Assembly (NCBI RefSeq): GCF_000143415.4 | Contig: NW_003314397.1 | Location: forward strand, 124,001 to 188,000 | DNA length: 64,000 nucleotides | Direction of reading: 5' to 3' | DNA from: Selaginella moellendorffii | Taxonomy: Eukaryota; Plantae; Lycopodiophyta | In this document: positions 10,934 through 23,081 of the stretch, piece by piece | Numbering within the stretch: the first letter of the stretch is position 1 | How the letters are laid out: every line of letters begins with the position of its first letter | Position numbers and translations under genes: made by a program | Notes under the pieces: generated by a model | Database searches by the model: none | The model's input: only the letters and a program-made list of their open reading frames with translations | Told to the model about the DNA's origin: nothing

Positions 10934-12415
10934 CTACTTCTTTGATCCTTCACGAGAGCTGCGAATCATGCTCTCCAAGAAGAACTCTCCGGCTCGGTAC
11001 GACGATCGGACCTGCAAATGGTAAGAACATTTTCTTAAAGTTTGCAATTATGCGGGAGAGGAAGAGTACTAACCAGTGGACCACTTGCGACGTATCGAAA
11101 CCCGACGACTGACTCCCCGTATTCTTTCCAGAAGTCGAACTTCTCCGGAGTTATGTACTCTTTCACCGTGAGGTGCACAGGAGTTGGCTGTCGGGAAGAT
11201 CGTTCGTAAGCTAAGGTAAACAAGCATACTCGTCACTTCATTGCTATCACTTACTTGTAAGTACTGGCCAAAGGTAACGATGTCAACTCCCGCAGCTTTG
11301 AGATCGTCCAGAGCTTGTTTGATCTCGTCATCCTTCTCGCCAAGCCCCAGCATGATCGACGACTTTGTAATGAGGCCATCTTTCGATGCCTTGGCGAGTT
11401 TCAACACTCCCAAGCTCTGCTCATACCTGCATCAACAATGCCCGCGCTCATGGATCCAGTAAGAAAGAACGGAAAAAAGGTATGGAGTTTTCGTTTTCTT
11501 ACCCGGCTCTTGGATCACGAACTATTCTTTGCAGCCGCTTCACAGTCTCGATGTTGTGAGCGAAAACGTCCAGACCGCAAGTAGCCACCGTTGTCACGGC
11601 CTCCGGATCGCCTCGAAAATCCGACACCAAGCATTCTACCAGAATCTCGGGCTTAAGTTCCTGGAAGAACAAAACAAGAGGTCTTGTCTTTCTCCAAGCA
11701 AAAACAAACTTTCTTCTGATACCTTGAGCGTTCTTACAGTCCGAGCAAAATGGCCGCTGCCACCGTCGGGCATATCATCGCGATCAACGCTGGTAAGAAC
11801 AATATATCCTACACTGGGAAAGCAAAGAAAAGAGTTTTCCATCACCAAGAACGAAGGAGAAAAGCTGCTCGATCGATCTCTTACCCCCAACTGGCGATAG
11901 CCTTGGCAGTGTTCTCGGGCTCCAATGGATCCGGAGGAGCTGGATTTCTGCTCGTCGCAACCGCGCAAAATCTACATCCTCTCGTACAAGTGTCTCCCAG
12001 CAGCATGATCGTAGCAGTCCCAATTCCATGCGCGCCATCGCCACTCCCACCATTCCAGCACTGCCAAGAACGAAGATCCAACCAAATCCAATAAGAAAAT
12101 GTCCGGACTGGGCAGCTGCTGGCAGCCCACCTCGCCAATGTTTGGGCAGCGTGCCTCCTCGCAGACCGTGTGGAGCTTGAGCGCGCCTAGCGACTCCTTG
12201 AGCTCCGAGTAGCGATCGCCCTGCGCCGCGCGCTGCCGGAGCCACTCCGGCTTCTTCACGGACAAATCTCTGCCGGTGTGCGGCCCTAGGCTCGCGGATC
12301 TGGAACGCTCTCTCACACTCACCGTCGCGGAGGAGGATTCCTCTTGGGTAGCGCAGCATCGAGCAATTGGGAGCGATCTCGCCGGAGCTATGGAGCTCCA
12401 CAACGCTGCCGCCAT
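10934..12415 (-). CDS. LIP1P: Lipoyl synthase, plastid type (radical SAM), multi-exon
   Basis: [77 protein letters not shown]; N-terminal transit-peptide-like sequence and [12 protein letters not shown]. Confidence 0.93.
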
Positions 12416-12718
12416 GCCTCTCCTTGCTCAACAAGGGTTCCTGCCGGCGGTGATCGCGAAGCCAGAGCCTTCCATTGATTCCAAGCTTAGAAGGTAGCTA
12501 AAAAATTTCTACGGTAGAAAAGGTTTCTCTTCGAATCGATCATTGGAGTGCGCGTCCGTCGCATGCGAGGGGAAGAAGAAAGTCCTCTCGCTCCCACCAA
12601 CGCGGTTGACCAAAACAACGACCAAAGTTTTGACTACCGTTGACCCCTAGAACCGTCTAGAGAATATCCTTAGGATATGCTAAGATATGCCTTAAAGTTT
12701 GACTATCGTTGACGGATC

Positions 12719-15128
12719 CTAGCATTTGTTTTCATAGTTCCTCGAGAGGAGGGCATCGAGAGAGCATCGAAATGTTTGACCCCGCCGACCAGAGGTCCTG
12801 GCCAGTGTTGACCCGGCTCGCGTGGATAATCGCCACCGCTGTAGCGAACGCTTGCAGCGCCGACAATGGCTCCTTGAATTTGACCGAGAAGAGACCGTTG
12901 CTCAATCCCACCAGCTCGAAGCAATCTCGATCGATTTGCCCCCGCCCACCTTGGATCTAAGTTGGATCAACAAGAACTTTGTCAAGAACAAACCAAAACC
13001 CGCGAAAAACTCTCACCTGGAGGGAGATGTCTAGCTTGCTGGATAGCGGGCTTCTAGCGTCCGGGTTTCTTCCAAGAGTGTGAAGCGCGCATCCCAGATC
13101 CCAGCCTCCACAATCGCATTTTCCCCTCCTCCACCGCTGGATCAAAGAACTCGGACCACCGGCACCACCACTACTGCTGCTATCACGGTCACCACCATCG
13201 CTGTTTGGACGATCAGGGAGCCCATGCTCGCCAACGGGAAGAATGGCCGTCACGCTCATGGCCGCGAATCCATGATCTGGAAGAGACTCCACGCTGGGAT
13301 TCCTGGAATGCGAGGAGCTCTTGAGGTGATGGTGATTAGTCGCTAGGCCTGGAAGAGTGACGACGATGGCTGCGAGCTCTTGCAATGGATTCATCCTCTT
13401 CTTGGCGGCTCGAGATCTCTCATCGGCCTCCATTTGCTTCCAGACCTCGCGAAGAATGTCCAGCTCTTGGTCGTCATCGTCGGCGATCTTTCCCCTGGTC
13501 GGGCTGGAGTTGTGTGACAAGCTCTTTTTCTTCGTGATCCTGGTAGAGCTCTTGGATGGATTGGACGAGGAGCTCGCCGAGGAGAGGCTGCTGCTCTGCC
13601 ACGATGAGAAGCTGAGACGATGATCGATGGACTGGTCACCTTGGCGCTGCTCCAGCGCCGACGATCTCTCGCAAACATCGCTTAGAACAAACTGGAGCTC
13701 CGCGATCGATGAAGGGCTCCTTCGCAATCTCATGCTTGCCACCAGCTCCGAGGACTCTTGCGACCTGGAATCTCCAGCGCTGGGCGACGCCCATGCCGGC
13801 CTCCACGAAGATCGTGCCTTCGCCCTAGAGGAGCTACGCTTCCACGAGAAGAAAGAACACACCTCTTCCTCTTGACCTTGTGGCTGCTCGTGCTCTTTCT
13901 CTCCTCGATCGTGCTGCTGCCGAGGCCTGGGCACCCGCGCGACGAGGCGCTCCTCGGATCCATCCACGAGATACGTGTAGCTATGGTGGTCGTGCCGGAT
14001 CGCGCAATGCAGGTGTGCCGAGGAAGAACTGTTACTGTTGTTGCTGCCAGCGCTACTGCTGCCGCCGCTGCTGCTCCTCTTCCGGATCAGCGCTCTAGGC
14101 AGAGCGTCCAAGAGAGTCTTGAGAAGATCGCCACCGCCACCATCGCTCCTCTCCTTCCTAGGGCTTGGGGAGAAGAAGCGCGACGAGGGTCGTGGCTGCT
14201 GCTCGCTAGGGCTGGATGTGAAGAGCAATCTCCTGGCGACGTGGCGCCGACGCTCACCGTCCTCCTCGTGGATCATCGTCTTTTTCTTCTTCTCCGTGAG
14301 AGATCGCATCAATGCCCAGGCCGGGTATCTGTCCGCCATAGCCTGGACCGGCGGCAATGGCGATGCTGGCCATGGCGGCCGATTGTCCTCTTCCTTGTCG
14401 CGATCTTCTACCTCCGGAGGAAGAACGAGCTGGCCGTGTACAAGCGTGTAATCCAGGAACCCACCTTGTTCTTCCACTTCTTCGCGTTCTTGAGCACGAT
14501 TGGAGGAGGTGGCTGTGCCGCCATCGCTGGTGGAGGAGAAGGACGAGGATTTCTTGGACGAGAAGATGGATGAGGTCTTGGACGAGAAGATGGATGAGGC
14601 CGCCTCCTGATCGCTGCTGCTGGATGGGCTTTGCTTCTTCTCGCCACGATCATCATCGTCCTTGCAGTCGCCATGACGAAGAAGAAGATCTTCTTCCAAA
14701 TCGCTAGCGCTGCTGGACGCGATGATGGGCTCCTCGGGCATAGCATCCAGGTAGACTCCTAGTCGCATCTGGAGGGCGTGCTTGCTCTCGCCGCTCCACA
14801 GGCTGCGGCGGACGGAGCTACACGGCTGCGGTGGCGGCGTTGGGCGTTCCAAGAGCGAGAGCGATCGCCGCAGCTTCACTCTCTCCCTGCTCCTGGGATC
14901 CTGGCTTTGCCGCCTCGATGGTGACGACGATGATCTCGGGAACTCTACGTCCCAGACGCGAGTGCTCGACACCGGCTGGATCAACTGGCGCTGCCGCAAA
15001 GGACTGAGCCACGGAGACGATGGTTTGGACGACGATTTCCTGGTCGACCACGGCTTGATGGTCCTGCTACTGTCACTGCCAAGATGAAAGCTACCACGCA
15101 AGCAGTCTTCGTCGGCCATAGCTGCCAT
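12719..15128 (-). CDS. DUF3527 domain protein (long exon plus last exon ~12719-12955)
   Basis: ELAAIVV, TAILPVGEHGLP, GPSSLIQRWR.GKCDCGGWDLGC, and last exon LSALQAFATAVAIIH. Confidence 0.85.
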
Positions 15129-15582
15129 GATGCTATACCTCTCAGAACAAGCTCACCTTTCTTTCTGGCCGAGCCACACAAAACCACCTCAAGACTTCGC
15201 TCTCAAAGTAAGTTTCACTCCCAGATTTTGGCAGATTGGCAGCAGCAGCCATCCTGAGAGGATGATCACGGAAATCGTTTCGAGTACAGTGATCACGATC
15301 CGTGGAAGCCGACAGCGAGCAAAGCTACAAAACCTGGTGGGGAAAACCTGTGAATGTCGTGAGCATCTGCTGCTTGCGTGTGACTCCCGCATTCGCGATC
15401 GAAAAAAGGGAGAGGTGACACCCAAGTAGAATCAAAGAGAAAGAGTTCCATCCGTCCTCCTCCGGCCAGACAATACAACAGTCTTTGCTGAGCGACGCAG
15501 CGCTCGTCCTTTTGTCGGGCTCCAGTGGCCCGTCCCGAGAAGACCAAATTCGACTTTAGCTCATGCAAAATGTCAAGAAATG

Positions 15583-15725
15583 TTAGTATCAAAACACCGC
15601 CACCTTTCCATCTCAAATGCGCCGTCACTTTTCTCAAGTTATAACAAAAATACTGGGCACCGTATGCGTGTGAAAGAAAAGTTGCTGTGTGTAAGTGTCT
15701 GGCCATGGCAGCCACAGCACAGTCG
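15583..15725. repeat. ~140-bp direct repeat, copy 1 (copy 2 at ~16586-16726)
   Basis: Shared tagtatcaaaacaccgcca..tttccatctcaaatgcgccgtc..tactgggcaccgtatg..aaagttgctg. Confidence 0.8.
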
Positions 15726-16037
15726 CAATCCGACCATGCAGGCTTGGTAAATCAACGTAAGGGTAAAGATCGTTACATTCGATTAGTATATAAAACACAC
15801 ATTGACTGATATTGAATTATTGACAGTACAACTCAAAGGAAAGTCCAGCCAGATTCAAAGCACTGAAGGTGAAACGAAACTTTCCTCTTCTTGTCCAGGG
15901 TGGGTGCCAAAGCAGATCTGTAAAACCTCAAGCTTTGGATCGATCAACTCAAGGGAATTTGTAACAAGCTCCACTCAAAGTTTTCTGCTCCTAGTTTTTT
16001 CAGTTACTAAAAAGTTTTCTGCTAGGCAATCTCAGAA

Positions 16038-16250
16038 ATGGAGGGATCAGGGATTCATGCAGTTGTGATCTTGGCCGTTCTCCTTCTGTTTCCGACTGCT
16101 GGCCCTTCCAGTGTACCAGCATCATTGTCAAGGAACGCTAGAGTATTAGGAAAATGTTCAGCCATTTCAGTAGGATTGCCAGGAAGAATAAAAAAAGAAG
16201 GAAGAACACCCCCGGTAACAAAGGAAAGAAAAACAGCACATAAGAACTAA
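16038..16250 (+). CDS. Small secreted peptide, divergent paralog of 18454-18654 (70 aa)
   Basis: Signal-peptide-like HAVVILAVLLLF; DNA similarity to 18454-18700 including cagccatttcag..ggaagaat; motif SAISVGLPGRIKK; paralog's stop lost. Confidence 0.55.
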   Translation: MEGSGIHAVVILAVLLLFPTAGPSSVPASLSRNARVLGKCSAISVGLPGRIKKEGRTPPVTKERKTAHKN

Positions 16251-16585
16251 AAAGCACATGGTCCTTTGCTTTTAAACTTGGCAGTATTTTCGGCGCATTA
16301 GAGATGGTGGCGGTGATTTGAGAAGATGCTAACATTTCTTGACAGATGGAAAAGAGCTTGAGCTAAAGTGGTAAAGAGAACACTTCTAGTGACGGGCCAC
16401 TGGAGCAGAGACCAATGCTCGTGGTCAATGTCTATGGTCAATGGTCCAATGGAATTAGATTTGATGGACGCGGGCGATCCTCTGCAAGATTGAAATCGAA
16501 ACCGCATCCTGGACATCAATGAGATCTCAGGAAAGCGATTGCTGTTCGGGGTCACAGAAACATAGTATCAAATCAGGGCGAAACA

Positions 16586-16726
16586 TAGTATCAAAACACC
16601 GCCATCTTTCCATCTCAAATGCGCCGTCGCTTCCCCCAAGTTATAACATAAATACTGGGCACCGTATGTGTGTGAAACAAAAGTTGCTGCTGTAGGTGTC
16701 TGGTCATGCCAGCCACTGCACAGTCA
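16586..16726. repeat. ~140-bp direct repeat, copy 2
   Basis: Matches 15583-15725. Confidence 0.8.
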
Positions 16727-17494
16727 GGCGTATTTCTACCCTAAACCTGTTTCGTCCAGATTAACAAGAAATCGCGAGCATTCCAGGACTAGCAACGGAA
16801 AGAAACAACTGCTCTCCCTTCCTTTCATCCCTAACCCTCTGGGTGACTGCAGCGATCGAGCCTGAGAAATTGGCAGTAGTTTTTAAACGTAGAACTTAAT
16901 CAAAGACGGATGCATCAGTGAGGCACCTCACAATATTTTGTGGCTTCCCCTGGATCTTACCTTTGAATATATATGACTTCGATATTGTGGAGGACATCAA
17001 ACAAGTTGAAATAAAGGAGAGCGAAAGCAATTATTGGGAATATAGCCCTGAGGAGAAGGTTGCGACCATCAACACAATCCAGGTGAGAAACTGTACTCAT
17101 CTTGTTACTCGTTTACATAAGTGCTCACTGGATTGGGAGTGGGTGCCACCATTCGACTGTGACGAACAGCCAAGTCATTGTGGGTGGTGCTTTTGTTGTT
17201 GCGCTCGTTGCGTCTGACAGGGCGATGGTATGACTCTGATTTAGCACTCACTAATGTGGTGACGGAACGCATCCGGCCTAAGGAGCTCTTGTTAGTATTG
17301 CCTCCTTCCCCGGAGGCACGGGGTATTTCGAGGGCTGCCCAGCAAAACTACGACGTTGTAGGCACGGCAGAGGAACTTTCAGAGTTGGACCCAGCAGTGG
17401 AAGATTCCACTGTGCTTGTTTGTGAAAATGTGTGTCCCAAGGGTGAAAGATCTTAAGAATGAAGAGCAGTTGGAGCTTCCGGTGAATATATCGT

Positions 17495-17675
17495 GAGATC
17501 TCATTGACAGCTTCAAGGCCCAGATGATGGGTTTTTGTTGATAGAACTTTTCCATAAAGAAAGAGACCTCTAGTTCAATGACCATTAACCATAGACACTG
17601 TTATACTTGCACGAGCATTGACTCAAATCTGACAAACGGAAAAGTCCGGGGCCATTGACAGGCATTCAAAGTGGA
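17495..17675. repeat. ~190-bp direct repeat (second copy at ~18843-19042)
   Basis: Shared agatctcattgacagcttcaa ... aaaagtcc..gccattgacagg.attcaaagtg. Confidence 0.7.
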
Positions 17676-17781
17676 ATGACATTCACGTAATTGCCCCACG
17701 CCTCGATCAAAGTTCTTCAGCTAGATCTCACAATTTAGAACCGGCCTGATGGAGACGACGAATTCACAGGTCATGGAAAGA

Positions 17782-17793
17782 TGTGTGTGTGTG

Positions 17794-17830
<37 letters not shown>
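17782..17830. repeat. (TG)n/(GA)n microsatellite
   Basis: Seen directly. Confidence 0.9.
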
Positions 17831-17832
<2 letters not shown>

Positions 17833-18453
17833 TGTTGCAGCTACCTAAACGCAAAACTCCTAACATTGGCCTGACCCACATTCAAACATTGACTGTAGCT
17901 CTAACGGTGCTGCAAAATCGAAGAGAAGGATTTAGATCGAGCACAAGGGCTGCGGGGAGCGCCAATTCAAGTAAGTCCCAGCTCGATTTCTTCCTCTCGA
18001 TCTCTAGATCTAGCTGCCGCTAGCTGCAGATCCGCTCTCGCCTGCCTGCGTGCAAATTTGTACTTTTGTTAAATTATCTATGTTCTTAGTAATCGATATG
18101 AACTGCATCATAACAGAAATTAAGTCCCGCATTGAAAGTGAACCGAAACTTCCCATGGTCAGGAAGTTCGTCCAGGCGTCTCATGACCGCGGAGAGGATC
18201 CTGTCAAGCTGTGGACGCGATCGGGATCAGAAAGTGTGTCGTGGTGGATCTCCGTGATCAATAGAAAGATGGGCCTCTTTTTCGCCGAAGATGCTCTACG
18301 CGACGTCTGCCGTGTGTGACTGGCACCAAGCTTGTCCCTGCCAAGGCAGTCTTGTATCCACTGATCTATAAAAATCTCATGGATGTTTTCTCTCAGTCAC
18401 TCGAAGGTAGGCAATTTCTAGCCAGATTTCCTGTGATCTTGGAGAGATCAAGA

Positions 18454-18654
18454 ATGGTTCATGTGGTTGTGATCTTGGGCATGCTCCTCCTGTTTCTCCA
18501 TGATGCTGCTGCTGCCAGGCCCTTCCAATCGACTAGCACCATGAAGACAATGGATTCAAAACCAGCATCGGTTTCAAGCAAAGTGTTAACGTCTGAAGCA
18601 TTAGAAAATTCTCCAGCCATTTCAGGAGGATCGCCCGGAAGAATCCATAAATAA
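18454..18654 (+). CDS. Small secreted peptide precursor (66 aa) with C-terminal CEP-like 15-mer ENSPAISGGSPGRIH
   Basis: Hydrophobic signal MVHVVVILGMLLLFLHDAAAA followed by ARP, Ser/Thr-rich variable region, terminal motif; TATA-like ctataaaa at ~18367; single exon. Confidence 0.75.
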   Translation: MVHVVVILGMLLLFLHDAAAARPFQSTSTMKTMDSKPASVSSKVLTSEALENSPAISGGSPGRIHK

Positions 18655-19955
18655 GGGAAAGAGGGAAGAGCGCAGCAAAGGAAAGAAAACTGGCACATAA
18701 CAAAATCTGGTCTCAAGGCCATGATAAACCGCTATTCTCACTCTCAAATGTAATATAAGTTGCAAACAATGACTGGCTAATGTACAATTGCCAAAAGCAA
18801 GGTTTTCTTGTTTGGTGACAATGAACAGCAATTTCTTTGGTAAGATCTCATTGACAGCTTCAATGCCCTCGAAGAAACTACAGAGAAATCAGCAGAATTT
18901 TGTGATGGTTCTTTGTTGATACGAACAACCGCGTAGAACTTCACCAATCAAAGACCGATAATTCATTGTCCATTGACTATAGACATCTAACTGTGCGTCA
19001 GTCAAACGAAAAGTCCCGTGCCATTGACAGGGATTCAAAGTGTAAACTAGTGTTGCCAATCAATACTTCTCACTGCTAGATGAGGATCACGTTAAGGTTC
19101 CAACATGAGGGGCGGCAGGTAGATTGGTGAAGCCTAGGGCAGTGACAGAAGGCTCCGTGGCAGAAGACCTGGACGAGTTCAACAAACGAATGGCTCAAGA
19201 AATCATTAAAACAGCTTACTATAATCCGTCCTTTTTGGTGGGCACTGGGAAACTTTGTAAACAACTAATGAATGGATGATTACATCATGTTTTGATCGAA
19301 GTTATCAATCAAGTTCTCACAGTTTAAAGCATACCTCATTCAACCAGAAAGTGGTAGAGAATCTGAAAGGAGAGATCAGGAATGGTTTATGCGATTCTGT
19401 ACAGTAAGTTTACTCACTTCCAGCCATTTTCACAACGATCTGTAAAAGGAGGAAAACCAGCACCCCACTACAACTATGTTTATTTAGCCATATGTTTTTG
19501 TTATATTTAATATTATTTCATTAAATTTTAAAATAAAATATACTTCTGTACTCTAATTATATTGTTATGATTTAATAATCTAATTTCTGTTGTCTTTGGT
19601 TTGTGGCTGCTCTTTCTTGGGGCCACGTTGGCTGGCACGCAAGGAGAATGCTTGGAATTTTCAAGGGACAATACTGCAAATTAATAATTGTTTTAAATTT
19701 CTTAGGTAGGAGAACTCTAACAAAGGTTTCCGGGCAAAATTTTTGGGCATACAACCCAAGATTGTTGCAGCAGCATCCTAGAACATGCTTGGAGGTCTTG
19801 ACTGTTGCAGTGCAGGCTTGGACGACGTGATTATTGTAGGGCAGTTATGAACGACTTAGTCTTCGATGTTGACTTTCACGGCCTTAAAGCAGCGCTAGGG
19901 GCAGATCTGGGTCATCCTGTTTTCGCTGTGATCGGGTGTGATTTGTTTCTGGAGG

Positions 19956-20707
19956 ATGGCTCCACCAAGCAAGCAAGACATGCTCCAGACTTTGGACCGG
20001 GCGGCATTTGCTGGTAATGTGTATGTTATGATGCCTCAGGACAGGAATGATCTGAGGGACAACTTGAGCAAGTACTGGGACCATGTCGCTCAACACGACG
20101 GCTTGGTTTCCACCAAGAGTCGCTTAGAGGCCGAGAACGCCAAGCTGAACGCGCGCCTTATCGACTGCATCGAGGGAGGGAAGAAGAAGTGCGATTGCGA
20201 GAAGCTCACTGTCGACCTCAACAAGTGCAAGGAGGAGAAGAATCACGCCAAGGAGGATAAGAAGAAAGTCGAAGTCAAGTAAGTGCTGGTGTTTCTCTCC
20301 TGGATCCACTTCCTAACTCTCTCTGGGATGACTCCATCAGACTGGAGAAGTGCGAGAAAGGGCGAGAAGGGGACAGAACTAAGCTGAAAGAGTGTCAGAA
20401 TCGAGTGTGGTGCTTGGAGGAGGAAATCAAGCGCTTAAAGAACCAGCCCCCAAAGGTGATCCGAGTGAAGGAGTACATAACGCGATATGTGCCACAGTAC
20501 ATAACCAAGTATGTACCACAGTACATCAACCGTTACGTAACCCGGTATGTACCACAGTACATCACACGGTACGTAACTCAGTACGTACCGCAGTATGTAA
20601 CGCGGTATGTCACACAGTACGTGACCCAGCCCTGCTACAACTATGTCTATCGACCATGCTACAGTGCTTGTGCTTGGGGATGGAATCAATGTCGCAGATG
20701 GTGGTGA
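19956..20707 (+). CDS. Orphan protein: Cys-studded coiled coil + 13 x Y[VI][TPN][RQK] repeats + Cys/Trp tail (exons 19956-20278, 20341-20707; 229 aa)
   Basis: 62-nt gtaagt...catcag intron joins the two ORFs in phase; synonymous variation among the 12-bp units; start codon uncertain. Confidence 0.7.
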
Positions 20708-21011
20708 GAACCCTTTGCTGAAGTTGTGTGAACGTTTGATATGTCTATCTGGTTTGTTTGATAAAGACCTCTTCTATCTTTTGATCAACTTTTTCATTGT
20801 CTTCGAACAGTGAGAAAAATTGAAACAATCGGTGACTATGGTGTATTATGTACAGGGGAGAGGGAGAGCGAGAGCGAGAGAGAAAAGAGAGAAAGGGAGG
20901 CTCTCAACTTACAGCTTTCTCCAGTAGTGTTCTATGTACATCTACCTGTGCTTACTTTTGTACAGAGAGTGCTGCTTTTAGTTTTATGTACAATCGTCCA
21001 CCATGAACGCT

Positions 21012-22472
21012 TTACGCCTGCCAGACCCAGACCAGTGCAAGTCCATCACCAAAACAAAATCGCAAGTCCATCTCGTACCTCTTGCTGGCGCTTCTTCGAC
21101 GAACGGAACTTGCTGAGCTGGTCTCTCAGGCGCGCTGCATCGTTGTAGCGCTCCTCCACAGCTGCAACCATCATGCTACGGACCAGGACGAACTCTTCCG
21201 CCTCTGTACAAGTTCCAGATTCCGGCCTAGGGGAGAGAAACTAATCAGCTGCTTTGCTACCGGGAAAACTCGCGAGCGTTACCTGTCCAATGATAGTCCC
21301 TTGAAACCTTTTAGTGGCAGCCTCATGGCTTCCTTGACGATGCGAACACCATCGCAATAGGCAAGTTGCTTGTTTACTTGGATCGGAACCTGAGAAGAGA
21401 GAAGATATTTTTATTTTCTGTTGCCTTGATTTTTACCTGGCAACGAACTGCAAGATTTATAGCATCCGAAGGACGCACGTCGAGACTGCAAATCTTCTGA
21501 GTTCCATTCTCATCCTGCAAAAAGAAACAAACGAAACGCAACATCATCATCGATAGATTATACAAGTGACCCTGAAAATACCTTTGCAAGATACAGTCTT
21601 GCAAAATAAGCTTCGTGTACCCGTTTTGTGATGCGCACAAGCTTGGGCTGCACCACGTCGCTGTCAATCCAGAACAAGCAGAAAAAACCAGCAGAAACAT
21701 TCACGTACTTGATATCCCATCAGCTCAATCATATCTTTCATCACATTGTATACTGTTGGTCTGGCCTGTAACAAACACGGTATAGTTTTCCATCAAAAGG
21801 AAAATGCGAAACTTACAACTTGAATGTTTCGCACAGCTTCCATGAGCATCGCACAGGGTAACTCCACTGCAAGGAAACCAAGTCGCAAGAAAAAGCGTTA
21901 GACAGCTGTTGAAACTCAAAGATGGCGTGACTTACAAACGATTATTGGAAGAAGAAGGTTACTATCGTCGTCCATCTTGAGTACAATTGCCGGCTGTGGT
22001 GCGTAGTCTGGTAAGTGACCACCATCAGCATTGTTGTGCTCGCATTTTATGTGACGCCCATCTCGCATTGTGATCATGAAACCGTCAGCTCCACTCTTCA
22101 CCTCCACTAAAGAAGACACAAGGAAAGAAATCTCCATGAATCGATGTAAGAGAAGCTCTTGCAGAACAGCTTACCAGCTTCCAAAACAGTGGAGTTGATA
22201 TAGTTTTCATCGTCCTGGATAGAATCCTCCGCCAAGTTTCCATCGCTGTAGAAGCTGGAGCCGCATTTCACAGGCAGCCTAGCCGGGGAGAGGTGTCGAG
22301 ACGAGAATCCAGTGCAAGGGCGAGCTCCAAGTAGCTTTCTCTTAAGGATCCCAGCTTTCGCGATTCCCAACGCAGTGTTGGAGCAGCCAAGCGCGAGGTC
22401 CTGGTTTAGAGCGGCCAAGCCCTGGGCGTTGGAAGCAGCATTGATGACCGGAGCATTCAAGGTCACGGCCAT
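21012..22472 (-). CDS. BBD: Bifunctional nuclease (BBD/DUF151 DNase-RNase with UVR-like C-terminus), multi-exon
   Basis: EVKSGADGFMI.MRDGRH..C.HNN..GGHLPDYAPQPAIVLKM..LLLPIIV; DVRPSDAINLAVRCQV; AAVEERYNDAARLRDQL. Confidence 0.9.
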
Positions 22473-23081
22473 TCTAGATTAGCTTCCAAGATCTTTAGCT
22501 TCCAAATTGCGTGGATCTGCCACGGGCACGAGTGAAATTCTAGATTCCAAGCCACGAATCCATGCCATACCTCTCAATCGCGAAGTCGCCCTGCCGGCCG
22601 CCAAGGGAATGAGAGGAGAGGCAGCAGTGGCGATGGGAGGCACGGCCGGCGAGGGACGATCCCGTTGGAGGCGAGCAGACTAGTGACCTAGCAAGGCGCG
22701 TGCTTATCTTGCACTGCACTCCTAAAGCACAAAATGGCCGCCTCTGTAGAGATAGGAATATGCACTAGGACATTCGGTCAGCTGACTGGAATCTTCGGCT
22801 TGTAAGGACAGGATATTCCTAGAGATATGCTTTAATCTATTGAGAAGGAAACATCTGTTAAAGTATATTAATTTAATTTGCTATGCTAAGACATTGAAAA
22901 ATAGCTAAAATTGCTGTATGAAGTTATTAATTTGTGATAAATGTGAAGTTATTAATAATAGATTAGAAAAAGTAAACTTTAAAAATAATTTTTTTTCCTC
23001 AATATTTGTACTTTAGGAGAATATAAATGTATTATATTGAAGTTTAATTTGAAAAAATTTGAAAGTTTTATTATTAAACTA

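Noticed and set aside
16918-17456. Two ORFs with possible exon structure
   Set aside because: No recognisable domain, ATG start or consistent gene model
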